The notes under the pieces: generated by a model
What the model saw: only the letters and a program-made list of their open reading frames with translations
What the model was told of the DNA's origin: nothing
The model's database searches: none
NCBI RefSeq assembly: GCF_000025945.1
Contig: NC_006138.1
Span: forward strand, 990,001 to 1,022,000
Reading direction: 5' to 3'
Source of the DNA: Desulfotalea psychrophila LSv54
GTDB taxonomy: Bacteria; Desulfobacterota; Desulfobulbia; Desulfobulbales; Desulfocapsaceae
DNA length: 32,000 nucleotides
Position numbers and translations under genes: made by a program
In this document: positions 19,860-28,742 of the stretch, one piece after another
How the letters are laid out: every line of letters starts with the position of its first letter
Numbering within the stretch: position 1 is the first letter of the stretch

Positions 19860-20531
19860 ATGATTGTACAGTGTCCCAATTGTGGAAAGAAGCTCAAGGC
19901 CGGAGCAAAGCTTATTCAGGGGATTCAGGACCTGCCAGCAGGTGAGGAGTTACGGGTCAGATGCACTCAGTGCTCTACGTCCTTCGGGGTGAGTGGTTCC
20001 TCGCTGGCTGCTGATTCGTCTGCTGGTAGGAAACTTCAGCCGCCTGCAGCCCCCGATACCAGTTGGTTGGGGCAGGCCGACCTTGTGGATCCCGAGGTGG
20101 ATTCACGGCCCTCGGTGATGTTGCTTGTTCGTGATAATGATAGAAGAGAGCTTTTGTCCCAGGCATTTTCATCCTTGGGTTATTTTGTTGAATTTTGTGA
20201 TTCTCCTCGGGAAGCGCTTGAAAAGATGCAGTTTGTGGTGTATTCGGCGGTTATGTTGGCTGATGATTACGAGTCCGTGCCCCTGACTGAAAGTCTTGTC
20301 CATGTCCATATGTGTGCAATGCATATGGATCGTCGCCGCCATATTTTGTATATTCTTGTGGGGGAAAACTATCATAGCCTGTATGATCTCGAAGCTCTGG
20401 TATATTCTGCTAATATGGTGGTTAATAATAATGATGTTGAGTATTTTCCTGTTATGCTGAAAAAACTTGTCCGGGAGTATGATTCCCTCTTTGGTGGCCT
20501 TATGGGCGAGTTACAGCTTGTGGGGAAGTAA
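19860..20531 (+). CDS. MJ0042-type zinc-ribbon protein with a C-terminal receiver-like (degenerate) domain
   Basis: ATG 19860 is preferred over GTG 19848 (GGGAGGGGG lies directly upstream). N-terminal CPNCGKK...(24 aa)...CTQCSTSF zinc ribbon, a Ser/Ala/Pro linker, then alternating beta/alpha hydrophobic periodicity (VMLLVRDND...FVEFCDS...AVMLADD...ILYILVGEN...ANMVVNNND) resembling a CheY-like fold. Confidence 0.6.
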   Translation: MIVQCPNCGKKLKAGAKLIQGIQDLPAGEELRVRCTQCSTSFGVSGSSLAADSSAGRKLQPPAAPDTSWLGQADLVDPEVDSRPSVMLLVRDNDRRELLSQAFSSLGYFVEFCDSPREALEKMQFVVYSAVMLADDYESVPLTESLVHVHMCAMHMDRRRHILYILVGENYHSLYDLEALVYSANMVVNNNDVEYFPVMLKKLVREYDSLFGGLMGELQLVGK

Positions 20532-20644
20532 AAATAAAGATATCCGTTTATGGCCATTTTCTGTTGAGGGAGGTGGCTATTGTTTTTCGTTCCTGTTCCC
20601 GTTGCCCTGTTGGATGGCCATGAGCCGTTTGAGGAAATAAAATT

Positions 20645-22141
20645 ATGTTGAAGAAGCTAGGAAGATCCATTCGTCGGAAGTTTCAATCGGTATTTCCTCA
20701 GAGCGGAGCGGGGAAAGATTCTCTGCAGGAGAGGGAGGTTAAACAGGTGCAAGAGGTTGTTGCGGTCCCGGCCTCGTCTTCGGCCTCGACCTCGTCTCCG
20801 GCCTTGTCTCCGTCTCCGGCCCCGGTAGCGCCAGTGGAAGAGGTTGTCAGGAAAAAGCCACAGCCTAAGCGTAAGCCGCCATGGACCTTGGATAAGTTTG
20901 TTGTTCCTGAGCTGGAAGAGAAAAAACGATTCCATGATTTCGCCATTCCCCTTCCTCTGATGCATGGTATTGCCGATTTGAAGTTTGAGTACTGTACTCC
21001 TATCCAGGAGCAGTCCCTGGAAGCGGTTCTTGCCGGTAAGGATCTTATTGGCAAGGCCAATACAGGTACCGGTAAGACAGCTGTTTTTCTGGTGGGCGTT
21101 ATGGCTCGTTTATTGGCCGACAAGAAAGGTGGTTTGGGCAAGAGAACGCCACGGGCTCTGATACTTGCCCCCACCCGTGAGTTGGTCATGCAAATAGTTA
21201 AAGATGCGAAAAAATTGGGTAGGTATACCGGTGTTAACGCGGACGCTGTTTATGGTGGAGCTGAGTATGAGAAGCAGATGGAGTTGCTTAAGAGGGGAAA
21301 GACAGACATTGTTGTCGCCACTCCGGGTCGCCTGATCGATTTTCATAATAAGAGACTTGTTAATTTTGATAACTGTCAGACCCTGGTTATTGACGAAGCA
21401 GATCGAATGCTTGATATGGGTTTTATTCCCGATGTGCGCCGGATTGTTTCCTGGATGCCGAAGAAGAGGGATCGTCAGACCTTGATGTTCTCTGCGACAA
21501 TCTCCAGCGATGTGAATAATCTCTCTGCCCAGTGGTGCGTTGATCCAGAGGTGGTTGAGGCAGAGGCAGATCAGGTGACTACTGATACCGTTGAGCAGAA
21601 GGTCTATCTGGTTACTGCAGAAGAAAAATATAATGTGCTCTATAACCTGATTAAGGAAAATAGTGACGAGCGCATCATGATCTTTGCCAATATGAAGAGT
21701 GAGACAAGAAAGCTGGCCGACCGCTTAAAGAGAAACAGTATTGATTGTCTCCTGCTCTCAGGAGATGTGCCGCAAAACAAACGGCAGTCAAGGTTGGAGA
21801 GCTTTCGTACAGGTAAGGTCAAGGTGCTGGTGGCAACGGATGTAGCTGGGCGTGGAATTCATATTGATGGCATCAGCTATGTGGTTAACTATACCCTGCC
21901 CTATGAGCCAGAGGATTATGTCCATCGCATTGGTCGAACCGGTCGGGCTGGGCTTGCCGGCAAGTCAGTGAGCTTTGCCTGTGAGGAGGGCTCTTTTTAT
22001 CTGCCGGATATAGAGGAGTATATCGGTGCAAAACTGGACTGTGTTCTTCCGCCGGAAGAATTATTGGTCCATGCGCCCAAGGGTACAGCCCCTGTAGCTG
22101 TGGCCCATAAAAAATATAAGCCACGTAAAAAGACCTCTTAA
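20645..22141 (+). CDS. DEAD-box ATP-dependent RNA helicase with a basic / Ser-Pro-Ala-rich N-terminal extension
   Basis: Q-motif region FHDF...YCTPIQ, motif I ANTGTGKTAVF, motif Ia APTRELV, motif II VIDEADRMLDMGF, motif III SAT, motif VI HRIGRTGRAG. Confidence 0.92.
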   Translation: MLKKLGRSIRRKFQSVFPQSGAGKDSLQEREVKQVQEVVAVPASSSASTSSPALSPSPAPVAPVEEVVRKKPQPKRKPPWTLDKFVVPELEEKKRFHDFAIPLPLMHGIADLKFEYCTPIQEQSLEAVLAGKDLIGKANTGTGKTAVFLVGVMARLLADKKGGLGKRTPRALILAPTRELVMQIVKDAKKLGRYTGVNADAVYGGAEYEKQMELLKRGKTDIVVATPGRLIDFHNKRLVNFDNCQTLVIDEADRMLDMGFIPDVRRIVSWMPKKRDRQTLMFSATISSDVNNLSAQWCVDPEVVEAEADQVTTDTVEQKVYLVTAEEKYNVLYNLIKENSDERIMIFANMKSETRKLADRLKRNSIDCLLLSGDVPQNKRQSRLESFRTGKVKVLVATDVAGRGIHIDGISYVVNYTLPYEPEDYVHRIGRTGRAGLAGKSVSFACEEGSFYLPDIEEYIGAKLDCVLPPEELLVHAPKGTAPVAVAHKKYKPRKKTS

Positions 22142-22513
22142 ATAGTTAAGAGGGATCTCGGCAACTTTCTGATGATAAGGTGTTTTTTTGTAAGAGGCGG
22201 GATTTTTCTTCAGCTTTTGTTCTTGCTTTTGGCTACCTAAGGCATTGTCCCTAGGGCCTAACCTTATATCGTGAGGATAAAAAAATTCTTGTTTTTAGTG
22301 TAAGAACTTGTTGTGTTATCGACATTAACTTGCTATAAAGTGATGTTTAGTAGTAGGCATTTTTTGTTTTCCTATAGAGGAAGGTAAAAAATATTTTCGA
22401 GGTTTTTACCCGAAGGGGGCAATTACCTCTTCATAATTTCGTCTTTCGAGGAAATGTTTCTTTGAAAAACGGCAACCTTAATTAGTGTGGCCATGTGGCC
22501 TTAAAGTGAACCC

Positions 22514-24226
22514 ATGACAGAAGACATGAAAATTAGCGGACAAGAGTTAAGCTTTGCGGAACTCTTCGAAATGGAAGAAAACAATAAAGTTGTCGAAGTT
22601 GGTGATGTTGCCATTGGAACCATTATTGGTTCTGTCGATGACCACTTTCTCGTAGATGTTGGTGATAAAGCAGAGAGTTATATTGCAAAATCTGAATTCC
22701 GCCTAGAAGATGATACCGAGGTAGTTGTCGGCGATACTTTTGAAGTGTTCGTAGAACGCCGTAAGGAAGAAGGCGGACTACTTCTGTCACGTGAAAAGGC
22801 CATTGCTATTAAGGTTTGGGAAGACATCGCCAAGATCCAAGAAGAAGATAGCACCATCGAGGGTCGTATCGAGAGCCGTGTTAAAGGCGGTATGTCCGTT
22901 GATATCGGCGTACCTGCATTCTTGCCATACTCTCAAATCGATCTCCGTCCGGTTAAAGACCTCGACGCGCTTATCGGTGAGAGCCTTGAATTCAAAGTAC
23001 TTAAGTTCAACAAGAAGCGTAACAACGTTGTTATTTCACGTCGTGCGATTCTTGAGGAAGCACGTAACAAACTTCGTGAAGAGATGCGTTCCAAGCTCGA
23101 AGAAGGTCAGATCATCAAAGGTGCTATTACCAATATCACCGATTACGGTCTCTTCATCGATATGGGCGGAATGGACGGACTCTGTCACATCACCGATCTT
23201 TCCTGGGGCCGTGTATCTCACCCTGCGAAACTCTACAAAGTTGGCGAAGAGCTTGAAGTTAAAGTTCTTAAGTACGACAAAGAGCACGATCGTGTATCCC
23301 TCGGTGTTAAGCAACTTCGTGACGATCCATGGGCAACCGTTGTTGACCGTTACCCAGTAAGCCAGCAGGCAACCGGTAAGGTTGTTTCTATCACCGATTA
23401 CGGTGTTTTCGTAGAGCTTGAAGAGGGCGTTGAAGGCCTTATTCACGTATCCGAGATGACTTGGAGCAAGAAGCCTCGTCACCCATCTAAGATGGTTGCA
23501 GTAGGTGATGAGATCGAAGTAATGGTTCTCAACATCGAGACCGAGACCAAGCGTATCTCCCTCGGTATGAAGCAGCTTCAGCCTAACCCATGGGATCTTG
23601 TAACCGAGAACTACCCAGTAGGCTCTATCATTGAAGGCAAGATCAAGAATATCACCGACTTCGGTGTATTCATCGGTATTGAAGAGGGCATTGACGGTCT
23701 GATTCACGTATCTGATCTTTCTTGGACCGAGCGCATCAAGCATCCTACCGAGAAGTATGCAAAAGGTGAGATGATTCAAGCTGTTGTTCTTAAGATCGAC
23801 AAAGAAAACGAGCGTTTCTCCCTCGGTGTTAAGCAGCTTATCCCTGATCCATGGCAAGAGGCTTACAACAACTACCCATCCGGTACCGTTGTTGAAGGCG
23901 AGATCACCAACGTTACTGACTTCGGCGTATTTGTTAAGCTTGAAGAAGGAATCGAAGGTCTTGTTCACGTTTCTGAGATCAGCAAAGACAAGATCAAAAC
24001 TCCAGTAGGCATGTACCAGGTTGGCGATACCCTTAAGGCTATCGTAATCAACGTATCTGCTAAGGATCGTAAGATCGGTTTGTCTGTGAAGACCCTTGAA
24101 GGCGAGGACGAAGAGGTAGTAGTAGAGAAGTTCAAGAAGGCAGAGAAAGTTGCTTCTGAAGCAGCTCCTTCTACCTTCGGTGACCTGCTTAAGGCCGCTG
24201 CTGTAGGTACTGACTCTGAGCAGTAA
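22514..24226 (+). CDS. rpsA: 30S ribosomal protein S1
   Basis: 570 aa with six tandem S1/OB repeats (recurring G.V..ITD.G.F+....G+.GL+H.SE+ pattern). Strong T/C third-position bias typical of highly expressed genes. Followed by ihfB as in many bacteria. Confidence 0.97.
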   Translation: MTEDMKISGQELSFAELFEMEENNKVVEVGDVAIGTIIGSVDDHFLVDVGDKAESYIAKSEFRLEDDTEVVVGDTFEVFVERRKEEGGLLLSREKAIAIKVWEDIAKIQEEDSTIEGRIESRVKGGMSVDIGVPAFLPYSQIDLRPVKDLDALIGESLEFKVLKFNKKRNNVVISRRAILEEARNKLREEMRSKLEEGQIIKGAITNITDYGLFIDMGGMDGLCHITDLSWGRVSHPAKLYKVGEELEVKVLKYDKEHDRVSLGVKQLRDDPWATVVDRYPVSQQATGKVVSITDYGVFVELEEGVEGLIHVSEMTWSKKPRHPSKMVAVGDEIEVMVLNIETETKRISLGMKQLQPNPWDLVTENYPVGSIIEGKIKNITDFGVFIGIEEGIDGLIHVSDLSWTERIKHPTEKYAKGEMIQAVVLKIDKENERFSLGVKQLIPDPWQEAYNNYPSGTVVEGEITNVTDFGVFVKLEEGIEGLVHVSEISKDKIKTPVGMYQVGDTLKAIVINVSAKDRKIGLSVKTLEGEDEEVVVEKFKKAEKVASEAAPSTFGDLLKAAAVGTDSEQ

Positions 24227-24249
24227 GATTTGCTAGAGAGTTATTAAAC

Positions 24250-24298
24250 AAAAAAGGTTGTTTTGCTCTTGGTAATGGGTAAAACGACCTTTTTTTTA
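24250..24298 (+). terminator. Intrinsic terminator after rpsA
   Basis: Stem AAGGTTGTTTT (24254-24264) / AAAACGACCTT (24281-24291, one G-U pair) followed by a run of T to 24297. Confidence 0.7.
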
Positions 24299-24354
24299 TA
24301 TTTTGTTCTATTTCCTGAAGTTTTTTTCAGGTAACTCATGGTGTAGTGAAGAGA

Positions 24355-24639
24355 ATGTTAAAGAAAGATATTATCGATAGTGTAAGTGAAGAGCTGTCCA
24401 TGCAAAAGCAGGATGTAAGTGTTGCAGCAGATGTTATCCTTGAAACGATTTCCAATGCACTTGCACGTGATCGTCGAGTGGAGCTACGAGGTTTTGGTAG
24501 TTTTTCTGTACGCAGCCGTAAGCCGCGTACAACCAAAAATCCTCGTACAGGTCAGGTGATGGATATTCCTGAGCGCAGAACACTGCACTTTACCATGAGT
24601 AAGTCGCTGAAAGAGTCTCTTATTAGCGATATGGACTAA
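24355..24639 (+). CDS. ihfB: Integration host factor beta subunit (HU/IHF family)
   Basis: RVELRGFGSFSVRSRKPRTTKNPRTGQVMDIPERRTLHF matches the IHF-beta arm (E. coli [28 protein letters not shown]). ATG 24355 is preferred over the upstream in-frame GTG 24346. rpsA-ihfB synteny supports the call. Confidence 0.85.
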   Translation: MLKKDIIDSVSEELSMQKQDVSVAADVILETISNALARDRRVELRGFGSFSVRSRKPRTTKNPRTGQVMDIPERRTLHFTMSKSLKESLISDMD

Positions 24640-25234
24640 CATCACCTTTACCGACTCGGAGTATTTCGGGTTGGTCGGTGGTGAGATCGATTACGGAGGA
24701 TGGATCAGGATAGATTGATCCTCCGTCTATGATAATATCAATTCTATTACCAATGGCGAGATCAATTTCGAATGGATCAGCTAGGGGCTCGTCGTCTTCT
24801 CCCAGTTGAACACTGGTATTGACAATGGGATTGCCAAGAGCAGTTATAAGTGCTTGGCTTATGGGGTTATCGGGTACTCTAATACCCACAGTCTTCTGTT
24901 TGGTTGCCATTACCTTGGGTACGAGTTTGCTACCCGGAAGAACAAAGGTATATGGCCCTGGCAGATTTTTTTTAAGCAATCTGTAGGCAGTATTAGAGAC
25001 ATGCGCATATTCACTGATGTGGGTGAGTCCCGAGCACATAAATGAAAAGGGTTTGTTTTTTGGCCTTTTTTTGAGTTGCATCAAGGCTTTGACTGCGCGC
25101 TGGTTTAACAGATCGCAGCCGATACCATAGCCGGTATCTGTAGGGTAGCAGATAATGGCACCCTGTTGCAGTTTTTGGACAACTTGCTTTATCAGCCTAT
25201 CCTGTGGATTGTATGGATTAATTTCAAGTAGCAT
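24623..25234 (-). CDS. tsaC: L-threonylcarbamoyladenylate synthase (YrdC/TsaC family, t6A biosynthesis)
   Basis: 203 aa single YrdC domain: ICYPTDTGYGIGCD, KKRPKNKPFSFMC, LPGPYTFVL, VGIRVPD, TS.N. Its 3' end overlaps the ihfB 3' end by 17 nt. Confidence 0.85.
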   Translation of the reverse strand: MLLEINPYNPQDRLIKQVVQKLQQGAIICYPTDTGYGIGCDLLNQRAVKALMQLKKRPKNKPFSFMCSGLTHISEYAHVSNTAYRLLKKNLPGPYTFVLPGSKLVPKVMATKQKTVGIRVPDNPISQALITALGNPIVNTSVQLGEDDEPLADPFEIDLAIGNRIDIIIDGGSIYPDPSSVIDLTTDQPEILRVGKGDVSPYR

Positions 25235-25506
25235 GGTGGTAACCTATTCATTGGTCTATTACGGTTATTCGTAAGAGGGGTAATGGGTAAAGGTACAAGT
25301 TAGGTTTTCTTTAAATCTAAAATGTATCGGAGTTTTTTTCTGTATATCATAGTTATATAGCTCATAGTAGAGTAACACGAAATATATTACTATCATATAG
25401 AGATATCTACTGAGAGTAGAAACAGTAAGTGGTATGTGAGATGCCGTTTGGCCTGTCTTTTAGGGTAGCTGTATCTTTTATAATTACCCGTTGGACGTGG
25501 AATGCC

Positions 25507-25532
25507 GCTACTACATTTTGTAGTAGTTTTTT
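25507..25532 (+). terminator. Terminator-like hairpin plus T6 in the guaB upstream region (attenuator or sRNA 3' end?)
   Basis: CTACTAC (25508-25514) / GTAGTAG (25520-25526) with a 5-nt loop, followed by TTTTTT (25527-25532). It sits 33 nt upstream of the guaB ATG and just before the AAGGAGGGG RBS. Confidence 0.4.
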
Positions 25533-25565
25533 CATATAAGAACACCCTGAAATAAGGAGGGGAAC

Positions 25566-27035
25566 ATGTTGCCTGATAATATTGAAACAGCCTTAACCTT
25601 TGATGATTTACTTTTGGTACCCTGTGCATCAGAGGTTTTGCCGAGTGAGGTAAGTCTTGCTACGCGACTTACAGATACCATCCTGTTGAATACCCCTCTT
25701 GTTAGTTCAGCGATGGATACTGTAACTGAGCATCGTGCCGCGATTGCAATGGCACGAGAAGGCGGCATTGGTATTATCCACAAAAATATGACCCTTGATC
25801 AGCAGGTACTTGAGGTCGAGAAGGTCAAGAAGTCTGAATCGGGAATGATCATTGATCCTGTAACTGTGGACCTGCATCAGTCTGTTGGCGAAGTACAGAA
25901 AATCATGTCGAGCTATAAGATTTCTGGTCTGCCCGTACTGAAAGATGGTAAACTCGTCGGTATCGTTACAAACCGTGATCTTCGTTTTGTCTCAGACAAT
26001 GACCTGCGTGTTTCCGAGGTTATGACTAGCAAGAATCTGGTTACTGCTCAGGTGGGTATTACCCTGGAGCAATCCAAGGCTCTGCTTCATGAGCACCGTA
26101 TTGAAAAGCTTTTGGTTGTTGATGATGATGGCGCTCTCAATGGTCTTATTACCATTAAAGACTTAGAAAAAATTAAAAAATATCCACTTGCAGCTAAGGA
26201 TAAGCTTGGACGTTTGCTTGTTGGGGCGGCCATGGCTGTTGGTGGTAATATTGAAGAAACAGCCGCCCGTCTTGTTGCGGCTGGAGTTGATGTTGTTGTT
26301 CTTGACTCAGCCCATGGTCACTCCAGGGGTGTTATTACAGCCGTTGAGCGGGTAAAAAGTGCATTCCCTAACCTCTCTGTTATTGCGGGTAATATTGCTA
26401 CGGGTGAGGCAGCTGAAGACCTTATCAAGGCCGGTGCCAATGCGGTAAAGGTAGGCGTTGGACCTGGTTCTATTTGTACTACCCGTATTGTTGCAGGTGT
26501 AGGTGTTCCTCAGATGACTGCTTTGCAAAAATGTGTTGAGGTGGGTAATAGATACGGAATTCCTATTATTGCCGATGGTGGAATTAAGCACTCCGGTGAT
26601 GTGGTGAAGGCCATTGGTGCAGGTGCAAGTACCGTTATGATTGGTAGCCTCCTGGCGGGTACCGAAGAGACTCCCGGTGAGACCTTTCTTTATCAGGGAC
26701 GTACCTATAAGGGATATCGTGGTATGGGTTCTCTTGGCGCCATGAGTCAGGCCGAAGGATCTGCCGATAGATACTTTCAGTCCGAGGTAAGTGCTCCTGG
26801 TAAGTTGGTTCCCGAGGGAATTGAGGGTAAGGTTCCCTATCGTGGGCCTCTTGGTAGCGTTCTCTATCAGCTTTTTGGTGGGCTTCGCTCTGGTATGGGC
26901 TACTGTGGTGCGGAGAGTATTCCTGCCCTGCAGCAAAGGGCGAAGTTTGTTCGAATCTCTGCTGCGGGTCTGCGTGAATCTCATGTTCACGATGTTGTCA
27001 TCACCAAGGAAGCACCTAATTATCACACGGCATAG
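25566..27035 (+). CDS. guaB: IMP dehydrogenase
   Basis: 489 aa. TIM-barrel core with an inserted CBS pair, catalytic loop [28 protein letters not shown]. Strong RBS AAGGAGGGG. Confidence 0.97.
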   Translation: MLPDNIETALTFDDLLLVPCASEVLPSEVSLATRLTDTILLNTPLVSSAMDTVTEHRAAIAMAREGGIGIIHKNMTLDQQVLEVEKVKKSESGMIIDPVTVDLHQSVGEVQKIMSSYKISGLPVLKDGKLVGIVTNRDLRFVSDNDLRVSEVMTSKNLVTAQVGITLEQSKALLHEHRIEKLLVVDDDGALNGLITIKDLEKIKKYPLAAKDKLGRLLVGAAMAVGGNIEETAARLVAAGVDVVVLDSAHGHSRGVITAVERVKSAFPNLSVIAGNIATGEAAEDLIKAGANAVKVGVGPGSICTTRIVAGVGVPQMTALQKCVEVGNRYGIPIIADGGIKHSGDVVKAIGAGASTVMIGSLLAGTEETPGETFLYQGRTYKGYRGMGSLGAMSQAEGSADRYFQSEVSAPGKLVPEGIEGKVPYRGPLGSVLYQLFGGLRSGMGYCGAESIPALQQRAKFVRISAAGLRESHVHDVVITKEAPNYHTA

Positions 27036-27118
27036 TTATAGCTTGAGATGCAACCGGAGCAACTGCCCCTGCTGATATTCGGTGGGGGCCGAATTAACAA
27101 AATATACGGAAACAGACG

Positions 27119-28669
27119 ATGGATATTCATAAGGAAAAAATCATTATTCTCGACTTTGGTTCACAGACCACTCAGCTGATTGCTAGACGGGTGCGTGAAA
27201 TGAAGGTTTACAGTGAAATTCACCCATTTTCTCTACCTCTGGAGAAGTTAAAGGAGCTGAACCCGACCGGAATAATTCTTTCTGGTGGCCCATGTTCTGT
27301 TTACGATGATGATGCACCGCATTCCGATGCGGGTCTTTTTGAGTTGGGTGTGCCCGTATTCGGTATCTGTTACGGCGCTCAGTTGATGATTCAGCAGCTT
27401 GGCGGCAGTGTAGAAAAGGCAGAAAAACGAGAGTTTGGTAAGGCCGAGATCCAGATTCTCAACGATAGTGACCTCTTTGCCGGTCTTGATGTAGCCAGGA
27501 GTCACCAAGTATGGATGAGTCACGGTGATCGTGTTGAGGTTATCCCTGACCAGTTTGAGGTAAGTGCAGAATCTGCCCACTCTCCCTATGCAGCTCTGCG
27601 TCACAGGTCAAAACCATTTGTTGCCGTACAGTTTCACCCGGAGGTTGTGCACAGCATTATCGGTACTGATCTGTTGAGAAACTTTGTCTTTGGCCTTTGT
27701 AAATGTCAGGCAACCTGGACCATGCAGGGTTTTATCGAGTCCAATGTTGCGGCTATTAAAGAGAAGGTGGGCGATGCCCATGTTATCTGTGCCCTTTCAG
27801 GTGGTGTTGATTCCTCCGTTGTGGCGGCGATGATTCACAAGGCCATTGGCTCTCAGTTGACCTGTGTTTATGTAAACAACGGTCTCATGCGTATTGGTGA
27901 GTCCGAGGGTATTATCAAGTTCTTTAAAGAGAATACCGATCTTCACCTCATTGATGTTGATGCCAGCGATTATTTCCTGGGTAAACTTGAAGGTGTTACT
28001 GATCCTGAGGTTAAGCGTCAGCATATCGGTCTTGGCTTTATCAAGATCTTTGAGGAAGAGGCACATAAGATTGATGGCGATGTGAAGTTTCTTGCTCAAG
28101 GAACTCTCTATCCCGACGTGGTAGAGTCTGTCTCTTTTCGTGGTGCAGCACCTATTAAGTCTCACCATAATGTAGGCTGCCTGCCCGATATCATGAAGCT
28201 TAGTCTTATTGAGCCCCTTCGTGAGCTCTTCAAGGATGAGGTGCGTGAGCTTGGTGTAGAGCTTGGTCTGCCCGATGAGGCGGTTCATCGTCAGCCTTTC
28301 CCTGGTCCTGGTCTTAGTATTCGTATCATGGGCGAGGTAACTCCCGAGCGTTTGGATATCGTCCGTCGTGCTGATGTTATCGTCCTGGATGAGATGAAAA
28401 AGCATGGCTACTATAACAAGGTATGGCAGTCATTTGCCGTGCTTCTGCCTATCCAGACAGTCGGCGTAATGGGTGACTTTCGTACCTATGAGCATGTTGT
28501 TGCCCTGCGGGTAGTTGATTCTCGTGATGCTATGACCGCGGATTGGAGCCGGGTACCCTATGATATTCTTGGTGATATTTCCACCAGGATTATTAATGAG
28601 GTGCGGGGAGTTAATCGGGTTGTCTACGATATCTCTTCCAAACCACCTGCAACGATAGAGTGGGAGTAG
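27119..28669 (+). CDS. guaA: GMP synthase (glutamine-hydrolysing)
   Basis: 516 aa. GATase domain ([11 protein letters not shown]), ATP-PPase P-loop SGGVDSSV, C-terminal dimerisation domain ending ...PPATIEWE. Confidence 0.97.
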   Translation: MDIHKEKIIILDFGSQTTQLIARRVREMKVYSEIHPFSLPLEKLKELNPTGIILSGGPCSVYDDDAPHSDAGLFELGVPVFGICYGAQLMIQQLGGSVEKAEKREFGKAEIQILNDSDLFAGLDVARSHQVWMSHGDRVEVIPDQFEVSAESAHSPYAALRHRSKPFVAVQFHPEVVHSIIGTDLLRNFVFGLCKCQATWTMQGFIESNVAAIKEKVGDAHVICALSGGVDSSVVAAMIHKAIGSQLTCVYVNNGLMRIGESEGIIKFFKENTDLHLIDVDASDYFLGKLEGVTDPEVKRQHIGLGFIKIFEEEAHKIDGDVKFLAQGTLYPDVVESVSFRGAAPIKSHHNVGCLPDIMKLSLIEPLRELFKDEVRELGVELGLPDEAVHRQPFPGPGLSIRIMGEVTPERLDIVRRADVIVLDEMKKHGYYNKVWQSFAVLLPIQTVGVMGDFRTYEHVVALRVVDSRDAMTADWSRVPYDILGDISTRIINEVRGVNRVVYDISSKPPATIEWE

Positions 28670-28686
28670 TATTGAGTTAGTTAAAA

Positions 28687-28723
28687 GGCCTTTTCTGCTG
28701 TGCAGAGAGGGCCTGCCCTTTTT
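28687..28723 (+). terminator. Intrinsic terminator after guaA
   Basis: 12-bp stem GGCCTTTTCTGC (28687-28698) / GCAGAGAGGGCC (28702-28713, two G-U pairs), a 3-nt loop, then TGCCC and TTTTT (28719-28723). Confidence 0.55.
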
Positions 28724-28742
28724 CAAGCTAGTGTAAACCTCT

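Noticed and set aside
22172-22240. 22-codon hydrophobic mini-ORF (MIRCFFVRGGIFLQLLFLLLAT) just after the DEAD-box helicase
   Set aside because: No Shine-Dalgarno sequence, and it lies in a T-rich region where such ORFs arise by chance. It cannot be supported from sequence alone.
23036-23968. 310-aa ORF antisense to rpsA
   Set aside because: It lies entirely inside the strongly supported rpsA CDS. The translation is low-complexity (N/L/V/F-rich) with no recognisable motifs. Long antisense ORFs are expected opposite genes with heavy T/C third-position bias.
25440-25530. Possible purine (guanine) riboswitch in the guaB leader
   Set aside because: The segment UAUAAUUACCCGUUGGACGUGGAAUGCCGCUACUAC does not reproduce the conserved loop-loop and junction nucleotides of the purine riboswitch as I recall them. 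I kept only the generic hairpin observation.
26307-27026. 239-aa ORF antisense to guaB
   Set aside because: Same reasoning as for rpsA. The product is T/N/R/G-rich with no motifs and no RBS, and sits opposite a highly conserved gene.
27797-28405. 202-aa ORF antisense to guaA
   Set aside because: A shadow ORF of a conserved, codon-biased gene, with no independent coding evidence.
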